From contig LSRY02000009.1 of NCBI GenBank assembly GCA_001643675.2, positions 248,001-312,000 on the forward strand: a stretch of 64,000 nt of DNA, written 5' to 3'. How positions within the stretch are numbered: the first letter of the stretch is position 1; each line of letters starts with the position of its first letter. Below, one piece after another: positions 13,341 through 26,670 of the stretch. The stretch is from Monocercomonoides exilis PA203 (Eukaryota; Protista; Preaxostyla). The notes below the pieces were generated by a model. The model had not been told where the DNA came from, did no database searches, and saw only the letters and a program-made list of their open reading frames with translations. The position numbers were made by a program, and so were the translations under genes.

Positions 13341-16300
13341 TCACATTAAAAGAGACTGAGAAGTTGGAGAAAGCAACTGAGACGAAGATGAAGACGAAGG
13401 GGAGGACAATGAAGAAATTCTGCGTGGTGAAGTGGGAGTTCTGTTCTTCGACAGAGGAGAAGTCGGAGAAAGCAGAATCGGCGAAAGTGCAGCCAGCGAC
13501 AGCGTCTTTGCCCTGGCGACTGTCTGAAACGTCTGCAGCCTCGCCATCGCAGACGTCAGGCGCTGCTTCATCGAATTCCTGCTCTCTGTGCAGCTGGCAA
13601 GAGCAGATGCCCATCGGGTGCAGTCATCACGGACCTGAGGAATGAGAAAGAGAAACATTTAAAAAATGAAAAAAAATAATAATAATAATAAATTAAATTA
13701 AATACAAATAAGTCAGTTTATCAATCAGAAGTCATAAATAATAATATTGATAATACACACAAATAACAAGAGAAAAAAGAAAAGAAAAGAAAATCAATAA
13801 ACAACCTTTTGAACAACCGAGTCAAGCGAATTGATGTCTGCTCCTGTGTCAGCCAGGCCGTTGATGGAGCTCGAGATCTTCGCAATCGACTTCTCCACAT
13901 CTTCCATCTGCTGCTCCGCGTTGCCCTCAGCCAATTCTCCGTCTGCCCTCATCGACGACACCTCCTCCACCAGCTTTGCAACCAACTGGCTGTTGTGCTG
14001 AATCTTCGTCTGCAGGCGGGGCAGCGCATCGGCTGTGAGAAGCAACGCCAGCTGCTCGGCAGTGCGGCTGGCAGAAGCCAACAGATCTGTCAAAGGCAGC
14101 TCAGCAGCACGGGAAGAGACAGGCGCAGTGGAGAGAAGCAGGTGGGAGGGAGGAGGAGATGAGGGAATTTGAATGGACAGAGAAGAGATTGAAGAGGAAG
14201 AGCGAGTTGGCGTTGATGGGAAAGAAGACTGGGGTTGAAGCGAAGATGAATTGGAAGATGAGTCAAAAGAAGAAGGCGATGATGATGATGAACTTTTTGA
14301 TGAGCGTTCAGCACGTTGACTAGCATCAGAAGTATCCAATAGCACTTCTTCGCCTGAAGCATTCAGTGAAATGGGTGTTGACAATTCCCGCATAGCCTCG
14401 CACAGCTCTTTGGACAGCCCGTCAATTGATTCGAGTGTTGTGTGCATTTCCTGCTGTGTTGCCTGTGCTGTCTGGAAAACAGCCTCAACTGCCTCCGCAG
14501 TTTGGCCGACTGCTTTTCTCATCCGCGTGCGGAAGGAGACGAGAGGCGCTGGGGAAGAGAGAGAAGAGTAAAGAGGCGGATGCAGCACGCTCAGCTGGCG
14601 CAGGAGGTCTAAGACAAGACCTGCCTCAGCCATCATCGACTCGCGTGCGGCAGAGCTGTGTGGCTTCAGCGGAGGAGAAGAGAAAGAGAGCGAAGTGGGG
14701 GCAGACTCAGAGGCAGCAGAGGGGAGCTGTTGCTGAGCTTCAGGGATCTGAACAAAATGAGGGAACACGAGAGAAGAATGCGCTTGCATGTTCCACTCAC
14801 TCAGCACGCTGGTCTCGTCTGAAAAGGAAAGGCTGTCCGAAAGCGGAGAGCAGAAGAGGTCGTAAAGCACATCGCCAGACGAGTTCAGCTGGGAGAGAAT
14901 GGCGTCGAAGCGTGCGCTGATTTCTTGGATCTCCTCACTGCTGAGCACAGGCGAAGGCAGATCCGCTCTTGGTGACTGCACCGCTGGGCTATTTGAAGTG
15001 TTCGAAGATGTTCCACTTCTGCTTCTTGGCGTGTCGCTCTCTTCTTTTTGGCTGCTGGAAGAAGAAGGCGATTGACTGCCAGGGGAAACTTGGCCTAAAT
15101 TTGAGAGACGACTGTTTGGTGTTGATAAGCCTTGAAATCGACTAATGTGAGATTGAAGCTTTTTGATAACTGGATCACTTTGCTGGATCTCATTCAAAAC
15201 AGAAGAAAGCGTAGGAATTTGAGGCTCTCTTATTGAAGTTCCCTTTGGTGCCTCTTTATCTATTGGTTCATTATTTATTCTGTTTCTACTCTTCTCACTA
15301 ATCAATTTGTTCTTCTGCAATTTATAGCTTTCTTGCTGCATATCCTTTCTGTTCGAAACAAGTTGAAATGGCTGCACACCACAAAGCAAAGCATTAGCGA
15401 TGGCATTTTCTTCATTCAAAATGGCTTCTGCTGCAGCGTAGCTGAGGTCCTGCTCTTTTTCGAGCATCAAATCGCGGTGGAAAGAGGCAATCCGCTTTGT
15501 TGCTGTAAACATTCTGCTGAACGTCGCCTTGCACGAAATCTCACTCAACTTTGCCACAGTCGCCTCTTTAATGGCCGAAGTTGCCTCGCGTTGGATCTGC
15601 TTTGCTTTTGCTTCACTATCGGCTGCTTTCTTAGCCAACATCTCGTTTTCTTCTAATAAAGTTTTAATCTTGTTCTCTTGATCAAGGTTAAGCTTTCTTA
15701 GTTTTTGGAGTTCATTCTTAATTTCAGGAATATCTGTTTTCATAAGATTATTTGATTTTTGGATCTCTTCACTTTGCTCTGCAACTTTATTGTTCAATTC
15801 TTCAATTTGTTTATTCTTTGAATCTAACTGTGCATCTTTTTCAGTAAGTTGCTTTGTCATTTGTTCAACACTTGTCATCATTGTGTTAATCTGAGGTATA
15901 ATAGTTTTTTCCATCTGATATTTAAACTGTCTCAACTTTTCATTTTCCTGAATAAATTTAAAAATGTTCAAAGAAAGAAAACTGTTTGTTAAAAGTAATT
16001 TCAAACAAGTTCATTTCTGAAAATTAAAGCATCTTTGTCTTCAAGACTCATTCCATGTTGATTCATTCTTTGAACTTGATGCATTATTAATTTGTGCGAC
16101 TCAAGTATTAATGATTGTATTTCCTTTTACAAATTTTAGAAAATAAAAATAAATATGAAAAAAGAATAATGACTCTGAAACCGCTTTGTTTGATGCATTT
16201 ATTTCCTCAAGTCTCACGTTGTATGATAACTTATCTTCTTGCGCCATTGATATGGCTTCTATTTCATGTTGAGCTAATGTGACTTTTGCAAAGCCTTTTG

Positions 16301-16409
16301 AATCCATTCGCATCGAAGAACGAAGGCTCATTGGAGAATCATGACCTTAATACTCGATAAAAATAGGAAATAATGTAAATAAAGAAGTACAACCTTCACT
16401 CCAGCTCAT
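13341..16409 (-). CDS. Coiled-coil protein with Ser-rich linkers (~950 aa), function unknown
   Basis: Spliced model MSWSEG|HDSPMSLRSS...NKA|SHKLIMHQVQR...RNEL|ENEKLRQFK...VVQK|VRDDCTRW...QSLLM* with GT-AG junctions; heptad-rich N- and C-terminal parts. Confidence 0.8.
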
Positions 16410-16643
16410 TGGCCTTTCAATCTTTTCGAAATAATCAAATTTGTTAGAAGAATATTTCAGCCCATAGAAAAGTTTTTTTGGATTTGAAAGTGAAATTTTC
16501 TTTATTTGAAGAAATATTGTGACATGAAATAGAAAACTATCAAGAGAAGTTTAAACTGAGATTTAAAAATAAAAAAGAAAGTTAATAAACCAGAAACAGA
16601 AATAGAGTTTGGAAAAAAAAAATAAAATAAAATTAAAAATGAT

Positions 16644-19472
16644 TTAAGTTCGAGCAGGTGCAATAGCAGCAGTGAATGATAAAGGAGTTTCTTCTGGATT
16701 CATAGCTCTGATGAAGTCCTGATACCCAATGTCCTCCGCATCTCCAAAGAAGTGCCTCTCCAACAGCTCCATCTCGGATGTCTTCTGCAGCACACCATAC
16801 TTAATCATCTGGTCTCTGAATCTTTCTCTTGACAGGCGCGGTGTCTGCTTCTGTGTGAATGCATTGAATGCCTCCGTCAGCGACGCGTGCTTCAAGTTGA
16901 TTCTTTCCACTGCCTTCATCATAATCTGCTTCTCCTTTGCCAGCCTCTTCCTGAAGTCTGCCTCTGACTCTCCTTCCAGCAGCGTCCTTTTGATTGTCCC
17001 TGTCATCACACCCGATGAATGTGGCACTGCTTTCACAAGTGAAGGCGACGGCTGTGTTGCTTTCCCCACCGGCCCAAACGCCCTCGTCGTCAGCGTCAGC
17101 TCGGAATGGTCTGTTGGCTCCAGAGACACCGACGACGTTGCCAGTGTTGCGTCTCTCACCCCCACTCCGCCTGCCCCACTCATCGACACCCCCATCCGTC
17201 CGCCTGGTCCAAAGCTCCGTGTCTTCGAGCCTGTAGCGTCAGTCACTGTGATTGTGCCTGGCGTGATGGGATGCACATGCAGCGCTGCATCTGTCTTGAA
17301 CAGCGTGCCATCCATAATTCGTGGCGCCTCTCTGATCGCTTCGCGGAAGGCAGTAATGTCCAACTCCGGCTCTTCTCCTTCTCCTCCTTCAGAATAGCCT
17401 GAAGATGAAGAGTTTCCATACACTTCAGCCAGCGCCTGCATCTCAAGCTGTGTTGGCCCCACCTGAAACGCATCCATCATCTGCTTGAACTTTGTCAGTG
17501 TGGCTGTCTTTCCTAACTTGTCAAATGCCTTGTTCGCCCTCTGCATGTTGTAGAGGTCTGACAGCCGCAGACGATATTCTGCCTCAATCCTCACTAAATC
17601 TGGCTCTGGACAGCCCATATCGCTCTGCATCTGCATCGTCTTCGAGTCGCAGTCCAGCAGCACAAAGCGCCGTGTCCGTATTTCAAGCACTGCCCCCACA
17701 AAGAAGTCGCCAGGGCCATAGTACACGTTCGAGTCTGGCTTGTACATCTTCGTCCGCTCCATAAACTTGCCCTGCACGTAGCCGATGTTCCTCTGCGGCG
17801 GCTCGTAAATCGAGAGCGTGTCGTCGCTCAGATGGAACGTCAGTACAAAGCGCCTTTCTGACTCGCCTGGAGACGCTGTCTCGATTCTGCACAGGAAATG
17901 GAAGGCGTCCTTGTCCTTCACCAGCAGCTTGAAGTAGTCTCTCGGCCACGGCCTGGGCTGTATGTGGAAGCACGTGGCGAGCGAGTCCAGCTCTTCTCCG
18001 AAGCCCAAATACGGCGGGACCTCTCTGTCTGCCGTGGACGTCTCCTCTGCCCCGAGTGGAAGAGGATCCATCGGATCAGTCACACCCATGTTCTGCTGGT
18101 ACCAGCGCCGGGTGAAGTCGTCGCAGTCGTACAAGAGAAACGTGCGCCCGAAGATGGTCACCTCCTTCCCAATCATCAGGTCCTCTGGCTGCATCGGCTC
18201 ATACGCCGTGTCGGAGTGGTGCAGATGCGCCACCCCGTCTCTCGGCACACTCTGCCTCCGCACAAACGACGGGAACGCCTCGTGCCCGCTGTTCGCCTTG
18301 CGCAGCTCGACGATCTCGATGGTGTTGTCAGAGAGGAAGTAGTGCAGTGCGAAGAAGCGCTGCTCGCCAAACATCGTCGCGTCGTTCCACACTGCGTTGA
18401 ACCTCAGCACCTGTCTGTCGTACTTCAGGAACTTCTGCGTCGTCGTGTCTGGATCGCGCACCGTCACTCGGATGTGCGACTCGATCTTCTCTCTTTCCTT
18501 TGCATGCGCGTCTGAGGGCAATGGCTCTCTTTCGCTCAGAATTTTACCGTACTCCTTTTCGAGATACTCTCGTGTCGAGCCATTGGCATCGTATATGTGG
18601 AACAGTCGCCCGTATATGCGGACATCCTTCCCAACTTCCAAATCGTCAAGCTCAATGCACCCAGAATCTGGATCGCGCTCATCACGCGGAACGCGATGGC
18701 GACGCAAAAACGTTCCTTGAACAATTCCTGAATTGTTCTGCTTGTGTTCAACAACACTTATGGTATCGTCTTCAAGATAAAATAGAATATCAACATTTCT
18801 CACTCTGTAAACTTCTTCCCGCGATTCATGTACAGCCTCTATTGTTTGTTATATATATTTTTATATTATGTTTATGTTCAATAAGAAATATCGTTCAAAA
18901 ATTTCGATTTAAAAAAGAAAAAAAGGATTGGTACCTTTGAAATATGCATAAAAACACATAACTAACTTATCATATGCAATAAAAGATGGAATTGTTTCTG
19001 CAGTTGGAGGTGCTGTTGTTCCAGTTGCTGAAACAATTGTTGTTCCCCTTGATTTGATATCAGGACCACCAACAGAGCTGTATTCCAAGCATTTTCTTGT
19101 CCATCCAAATGTAAAATCTCGTGACTTTTCCAATTCTTCAGAGCTAAATCTTTCATCAATAGTGCGCCGGAATTCATTTCCTATGGATGGATAATCCAGT
19201 TTTGCAGTTGGAATTCCATCTTTGTATCCAAGTGTGTGCGACTTTGCAAAATTGGTTTTCTTAGAAATATTAATTGTTGTTTTTTCAAAACGATTTTGTT
19301 TCCATTATGAATTTAATGGTTAAGAGAAATATTAAAAACATAATATATAATTGAGCTATTAAAAAGAAAATGCAACCTTTGGATCTGTAAATGTCGTGCC
19401 AGGAAGAAAAGGCAGCTTAACCTGAGCCTTTAAATTGTCATCAGCAGACAATTTTTCAGTTTTATAAGACAT
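16644..19472 (-). CDS. EFHC1: EF-hand domain-containing protein 1 / Rib72-like axonemal microtubule inner protein (three DM10 domains plus a C-terminal EF-hand-like region)
   Basis: Exons 19472-19377, 19259-18935, 18838-16644. N-terminal LPFLPG motif. DM10 signatures YDKLVMCFYAYFKEAVHES..FYLEDDTISVVE..NSGIVQGTFLRRHRVP, YDRQVLRF..HYFLSDNTIEI, and RRFVLTFHLSDDTLSIYEPPQRN.G..QGKF. EFHC1 versus EFHC2 is not resolved. Confidence 0.93.
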
Positions 19473-19982
19473 TAACCTTGTTTGAAGATTTCAAACAGTT
19501 TTAGCAAAAACTGAATTTAAATAATGGGAATTTTCGTTAACAGAATAACGTTTTAATAAAAGTTTAATATATATTTTTTAAAATATATTTTTAATCGATC
19601 TATATTGAATAATGAAAATATTCTGTTTTTGTTGATAGTTCACAGAATTGATAATTCGAAAGCGGACTATAATATCTATTTAGGAAAAAAAAAATAAGTT
19701 TCAATTCAGTCAATGATATCCTTGTGTTGCTTCCATATTGCAATAAATACATAAAGCCTGAGTTAATTGGAAAGATGAAGAGATTTGCGACAATAGAAAA
19801 TTAAGAAATTTTTTTATTTTTTCACATTTAATGTTCAATTATATTTTCATCTTTTGTTTTCTTTTTTCGGTTCTTTATAATTTAATTTATCTTCCTTCAA
19901 ATGAATGTTCTTCTTTAATGAACAGATTGTTTTGGAAATTATTAACTTTTAAAAAAAAAAAAAAAAAGGAAGGGGGATGTGT

Positions 19983-20323
19983 GGGTGATTACTCATGAAA
20001 TCAAATATTTTCATTCAAAAATTTCGAACCGAAAAATACACTGAAATATTCACAAATAAACACACCGATGGGAAAAGGCGAATCGATAAGATCTTCATCA
20101 TTATTTCAGATGAAACAATGGCTTTTGAAACAAATGAGAAGAATTGAGCATTTCAATTCAAAAACTCTTAACAAAAACAAACAACCTTTGAAAAGACAAC
20201 ACCCCCTAAAATTTTTAATCTAAAATACTCACTAATAGTTTATTCCAACTATTTGAAAAATCACAATGAATTTTCAAAATAATTAACATCCAAAAAAAAG
20301 TTATGAATTCATGAATAATCACC
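19983..20323. mobile_element. MITE family 'GGGTGATT', copy A
   Basis: Imperfect TIRs GGTGATTACTCATGAAATCA / TGAATTCATGAATAATCACC; internal similarity to copies B and C; no clear TSD. Confidence 0.55.
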
Positions 20324-20377
20324 AAAGTGGTCATGAACACTTTAATATTTAATGTCAAATGAAATAATATTTAACAT

Positions 20378-20633
20378 AAGTGATTATTTTTGAAAACATA
20401 TTTTTTCGTTCATATTTTTCGGTTCGAATGTTTCACTTGAACATCCAAAAAAAGAACACTGAAAAATGAAAAGACTCACAAATGACATCATCATTTTTGT
20501 TTGTGAAAAAACATATGCCAATTATACGGTTGTGAAGAATTCAGCATTCAAATACAAAATCTTATCTCAGTGACAAAAAACCTTTCAAAAATCAACAACC
20601 CGAAAAAAGTTATGATTTCAAAAATAATCACCC
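20378..20633. mobile_element. MITE family 'GGGTGATT', copy B
   Basis: TIRs (aa)GTGATTATTTTTGAAA / TTTCAAAAATAATCACCC, flanked by ACAT on both sides (20374-20377, 20634-20637); body homologous to 45107-45630. Confidence 0.7.
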
Positions 20634-21337
20634 ACATAAGGACAAGAAATCTGAATAAAAGCATGTTCCGTTGTTTATATTTCTGCATTATTTAAAAATT
20701 AGTGATGTGTGATAACTATTGGAAATAAAGGCTTTTCTTAAGTAAAAAAAAACAAGAGAAATGACAAAAAGGAATACCAAAAAATAATTCCAACAAGGAA
20801 AACACTCGTTTAAACAAACTCGCGGAAGCATGTGCAAAATAGTGATCAAAAAATAAAACTTAAAAAAATTCAAATCTTTTTTTTAAAAAAAATAGTTTAT
20901 AAAAAAATAAGGCATATAACTGAATAATAAAATATAATTTGTTAGACAATTATTGTCACTGAATACAAGTTTCAGTTCGAAACAATTTGAAAAAAAAATT
21001 TGGATCTTATAAAATACCAGGTGCTAAAAGAAAAATGATCCTTTATCTAACATAAAAAAGTGCAAGTGTTTGTTTTAAGTTAGATGCTCCTGCATTTATT
21101 GAGAAATACTTTTTGAGTCGTCTCATTGACTATGATTTTGCAAAAACGATTGATTTCCATTCAATCAAAGTGAGCGAATTGCCGAAAATAAAAAATAACC
21201 AGAATTGTTTATATCATAGAAAAAATTAGAAGTGTGTGCAAAAAATGAACTGAATCGTTTAATGAAAACAGAAAAATTCTTCAAAAGTCAGATATTCAAA
21301 AATTAAAATTATTTATTTCAAAAAATCTACAACATTT

Positions 21338-21603
21338 GGGGAAAAATTTTTTGCTTCAAGCATTTTCATTGAAAAATTATGCACTTTTCATTGAATTTTT
21401 TCAAAAAAAAATATTAAAAAAAGGGTCCATTTTTTGACATTAGAGAAATATAAAAAAACTAAATGTTTTGATTTCAACAATGCCTGTTTTCAGATATGAA
21501 AATCAAATTTATTTCCGAATTTGATTAAGTTTAATAATGTTCTGAGCGAAACTATTTTTTCATGCTTTGTGCATAAAAAGCTTGAAAGTCCGTATTTTCT
21601 CCC
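21338..21603. mobile_element. 266-bp MITE with GGG...CCC ends and 4-bp TSD ATTT
   Basis: Imperfect TIRs GGGGAAAAAT...TTCAAGC / GCTTGAAAGTCCGTATTTTCTCCC; ATTT at 21334-21337 and 21604-21607; a same-length homolog lies at 45181-45446. Confidence 0.8.
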
Positions 21604-21878
21604 ATTTCAAAAAAAAATTTGTTTTCGAATTGATGACACATGTGCTTTTAAAATACAAAGGAAATTTCTGGGAAACAATATTGTTTATTTGCTAAAATAT
21701 TTGAATTATAAATTATGTCCGGATTAAAAAAAAATCCTAAATGAAAAAACCACCCTATGTAAAATTTTTAAATCTGTACGTAAGAAATACCAAAAGGCGT
21801 AAATTATTTGAACAAATTTGTTGTTTTTTCATGAATAGAAAAGGAAAAGAAGAGAAAAAAGAAATGAAATGAGAAAAC

Positions 21879-23315
21879 TCAGCAAAAAATAAAAAAGTGT
21901 TCGAAGGTTTCAGAACCTATTAAATAACTTTTCATTCTTTTAAATCTGATAATATTTTCTTCATATCCATCTTCTTCCAACTTTTCAAACATTTCTCTTT
22001 TGAACTTCACTCTTTTCGTTTCATTGAAGTCTTCTTCCTTTCCCTCATTTTTCTTTCTGTTCAAACTTTTAACAATAATCGAAATCATACTGAAGCAACT
22101 CGATGTTGAAGTGTCATCAAATGTTGATTGGCTAAATTCTTTCAAAATGAGATCAACTGCTTCTCCATTCAACAGCTCATAAGCATTGACTCCTCCTCTA
22201 AATGCTATTTCTTTTAAAAGATCGATTCCGTTCGAAAATATTTTTTTGTCTTCATCTTCAAATTCTTTACACAACTTCACCACGCTCCCAGTCAAAGCAG
22301 CAAGTCCGTTTTCTTCATTCAATGCAGAATGATAAACAAATCGGAAAAGCGTCTTCATCCATCTTGTAATCTCCACTTTTCCACATTCTTTTGCATTCTT
22401 TTTCGTGTTTTGCAAATGTGCGCATTTTGATAGTTCTTCCAACTCTCTCGTTGCTTCTCCCACAAAATGCAGCTCACTCACAATCACTTCTTCCAAGTTT
22501 TTGTCATGTTTCAATCTGTTGATCAAAAACTTCCAAGCAGACTGATAGGCAAGACGAGTAAGGCTGCGATGTTCCTGATGATATTTGATGATTTCTTTGA
22601 TCTCTTCCAAATACATTTTTTTATCTATTCTCTTCAAAATACAAGAAAAAAAGCAAAAATATAAAAAATAAAAAACAACGACTCATACATTTTGAGCCTC
22701 AATGCAACTTAATGCTAGCAAAGCCATTTCCACTTCTTTTGGTTTTTCTTCATTTTCCATTTTCTTAGAAACAACTCTCAAAAGGAAAGGCACGCGAATA
22801 ACAACTATTTCAATTGAAAAAATGTCTTGTGACAACATCAGATAACATTCGCAAAGATCAACAAGAAGCTTTTCATTCTTTTCTTTTTTCTTCTCTTCTT
22901 CAACGATAATTTTTTCAAACCTTTTTCGCAATAAAGAAATACAAAAACTTGAGTTGAATATGCTCTTCAATGTCGCGCAACATCCAATGTTCTTCATCAA
23001 TTCAAGCACATCTTCCATCGAAAGTTTCTTTTCTTCAAACATTTTTTCCATGCTGTTGAATAATTCTTTTGCCATGATAGAATATAATTCTGCAAAATTC
23101 ATTCCAGGAATTAATCCATTCATTTCTTCTATTTTCTGTTTTTGCTCTAATGCAGAGCAATTTTTCAATTCGTCAAACAATTCTTTGAGGTTCATTTTGT
23201 TTGAACAATGCTTTTAAAAAAACAAACATATCCAAAGAAAAATGAGCAAACTGATAAATTTTTCTTTCGGATTCGTCTCCTCAATATAATCTGCAGATTT
23301 GTTGCAATCACTCAT
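21879..23315 (-). CDS. Helical-repeat protein family, paralog 3
   Basis: Exons 23315-23252, 23182-22689, 22631-21879 give MSDCNKSADYIEETNPKEKFIKLFDELKNC...LVDLCECYL...KEVEMALLALSCI...HRSLTRLAYQSAW...KLEEDGYEE. Confidence 0.87.
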
Positions 23316-24488
23316 CTTCGTTCTGCTTTTAAAAAACACTTCAAATTTATACCAACTCTTCAAGATATTGTTTTCATGAATATTTTTCAAACATCGTTGA
23401 TTTTCTTTTTTTGATTAATAACAGTTCCAAAGTCGGATTAGTTGGTAAAAAAATATAACTCAAAAGAGTAATTTCGAATTAATTACCTTCTCGGAATTAA
23501 ACAAAAAACGAAGATCTTTGACAATTTTTGATCAAACCAATTGTAGTTCACAAAAAATGTTGCTGTCAATGTTTTTGTGTCTTCTTTTGACGTGCTTTTT
23601 TTAAAAGAAAATAGGTTCTTTTGCGATTGGAATTTCAGTTTTATTTGTTAATTGTGAAAAAAAATTGTTTCACATTTTTTTTTTAAATTGATATAGATTC
23701 TGAGCTCCATTTTGTCTTGAAAATACGTTTGAAATGCAAAAATATAAAGCATTTTCATATCTTTCTAATTAAAATATAACTATTTATTTGTTTGAATCAA
23801 AATAGTGGAAGAGGTTGAAAAAGACAAAACAGATGAATATCAAAATATCGTTAGAGAATAAAGAAAAATCTTACAAACCAAAAGAATGTGTTGACAATAG
23901 AAAGTTAAAGAATCTCTGCCAGAATGCATTCTAATAATCAGACTTTCGAATGAATATGTTTCGCGAACTCAACATGCTTTTAATGGGTTTCATTTTTTTT
24001 TGGATACAGAAATGTCGAATAATGATAAAAAGGGAATAAGAAATCCTTGAATTTGTTTATTTCTCTGAACTTGCAACAGCTTTTCAATGATGTGAGCTTT
24101 TTTTGAGTATTTCAAATGTTCACTGAGTATTTCTGAGAAGCATTAAAAGCAGAAAGAACATGGAGAAACACAGGTTTTTTTGCCCATAAACCTAGAAGAG
24201 TTTGTATTGACAAAACAATCAACGGAGCGAATAATGAATTTGAAGAGAGTCATTTGTTGAAGATTGAAGAGATCAGTCGTTTTTGAAAGAACTTTGGAGA
24301 AAGAAAAAAAGCAAAAGAAGATCCACAAGTTTTTTTCTTTTTGAATAGTTTCACTTCATTTGGATGAAGTTGAAAAAAACAGACTTTTTTTGGATTTCAA
24401 AGAATCATTTTTTTTGTTTCTTTGTGAAATTACAAACAAACAAACAAAAAAAGAAAAGAAATTACACAATTTTTCAAACATCATTTTC

Positions 24489-25913
24489 TTAAACATTCAC
24501 AAAATAGTCCGATGCAATTAATGATAAGCTGGGATAACAATTTCTATTAAGGAAACCAAACTTTTTTTGAAAGCTAATGATAAAGTCTTCATGTCCTTCC
24601 TCTTCCATCTTTTCAGATATCTCCATTTTCATAACCTTTCTTTTCGTTTTTTCCATTTCATCAACCATCTTCCTTTTCAATATTTTTGAAATTGTCAAAA
24701 AGAATCTCAAACAATTGTGCGCTATGTCATGTTTCAAAGTTGCTTGCTGAATTTCCTCCAAAACAACATTCGCTGCTCCACTCTTCGTTAAATAATCCAC
24801 GCAAACTGTTTTTGTTTGTGCTGCTGTTTTAAAAACCAAAATGCACACTATTATTATTTCTTTTTCATGTTCTCTTGCTGCTCTGCACAGAGCGACAATG
24901 CAACGAATCAGCTCAATATGCTCTTCATCCAAAAACAGACGTTCACGAAAATAAGCCATTACCATTCTGAGCCATTCCATTATGACGCTCACTTCTTTCG
25001 CTTCGCTTCTCCTCGCCTCTTTCTCCTTCCCTCCTTTTCTCTTCCAATTCACACATTCCCTCAGCTCATCCAATTCTCTTGTTGCTTCTTTCACAAAATG
25101 AAACTCATTCAAAATGACGTCTTCAAATTCTCCTTCTCGTTGAAGTCTCAGTATCATAAACTTCCAAGCCGATTGATAACCAAGTCGTGTCAAATTCCGA
25201 TGTTCCTTGTGATATTCAATGATTTCTATAATCTCATTCAGGTAAATATCTGTATTCACTCTCTAAAAAAAATAAATAATTGCAACTCCAAGCAAATAAA
25301 GTGAAGGAAACTTCAAACCATTGTCGTTTCAATCAAACTCAAAGAAAAAAGAACCATTTCTACTTCATTTCGTGTTTCTTCGTTTTCCAGTTTATGAGAA
25401 GCAGCTTTCAAAAGGCAAGGCAAACAAATCGCAATCAATTTGTCTGGAATTATGCACTGGTTTGTCATTATATAGCACTCGCAAAGATCGATAAGAAGCA
25501 TTTCATTCTTTTCTCCTTTTTTCTCTTCTTCTTTAATAATCATTTCCTCGATTCTTTTAGGCAGCAAAGAATGGAAAGAGCTATAGCAACGAAAGTTTTT
25601 TAATTTCTTGCAATAACCAATGTGCTTCAACAGAAGAATTGCAGCTTTCAAATTAATTCGTTCTTCTCCAATCATTTTATCTATTTTATTGAATAGCTCA
25701 ATCGTGAAAACAGATTTGCATTCATCTTCATTCATATAGTCCACCAGACCGTTCATTTCAACAATTTTCTGTTTCTGATCTTCCTCATCGCAACCTCCAA
25801 GCTCGTCAAACAATTCTTCAATAAAAAACAAAGAAAAAATGCAATGAACAAGAATTCGCTTGCAATAACAATCGCAAACTATTGAACATTTTTGTGTTGT
25901 CTGTCTCCTGCAT
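24489..25913 (-). CDS. Helical-repeat protein family, paralog 4
   Basis: Exons 25913-25880, 25815-25319, 25262-24489 give MQETDNTKMFNKLFDELGGC...LIDLCECY...HRNLTRLGYQSAW...KMEEEGHED. Confidence 0.88.
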
Positions 25914-25959
25914 TTTTTTTTAAAAAAAAATTGTTCAAGAAAGCATTAATATTTCAGCC

Positions 25960-26670
25960 ATTCACATTTAATTCGCATATATTTGGATAAATGAAATAGA
26001 TGAAATAAAAAAACTCAAAACAATCAAATAAAACACGTGTGCTCACACTGTTTTTCCTTTTGTTGACATTCTGGCCAAGCGAATATGGAGAAAAACAACG
26101 CTTTTTCGATTTTTCTTTATTTGTTATGGATTCAATGATCAAATTGTTTTCTTTGAACGAGATTATCCATTGGAAAGGTGAGAGATCAGCGAACGAATCT
26201 GTCCTGCAGAATCGATTGTATTTTTTTTCATGCTAACGTCAATCACTGGAAAAACATTGCGAACGAGGAAATTCATTCTGTTAATTTTTGGTAATCGGAA
26301 GACAAACGAAATGCAACATTTTAAATTTTGAATGAAAATACCAGCATGTGTGTATTTTGTATTTATCAATATATTGTGAAGATATTTCTATCCGTATCCT
26401 TTCCAACGTGCAGGAATCAGACTTGTTATTGAAATTGGCAATCTTATCCTTGCAGAGCAAGACGATGAGAATGGACCCGATATTTTCACTGCGATTGGAG
26501 AGGAAAAGAATTTATAAAAAGGCACTTTTCCCTCATCTTTGGGCCATATCGTCAAAGAATTGTCTGCTGGAACAGAGAAGGAGGTTGTGATGTTGAGAAT
26601 ATCTTCTGATAGAATATATCCAACATATGACATCTCGATAAGATCTTCGTCTTCTTCTTCATCATCTTCT
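25960..26670 (+). pseudogene. Decayed partner remnant head-to-head with paralog 4
   Basis: Inverted homolog of 5790-6500; reads YPFQRAGIRLVIEIGNLILAEQDDENGPDIFTAIGEEKNL*...GHIVKELSAGTEKEVVMLRISSDRIYPTYDISIRSSS. Confidence 0.55.

Noticed and set aside
16729-18940. Several long plus-strand ORFs (up to 222 aa)
   Set aside because: They are antisense shadows of the GC-rich EFHC1 exon.
21700-21765. Short inverted similarity to 36780-36830 (AAATTATGTCCGGATTAA)
   Set aside because: Too short and 15 kb apart, with no TSD; at most remnants of another repeat.
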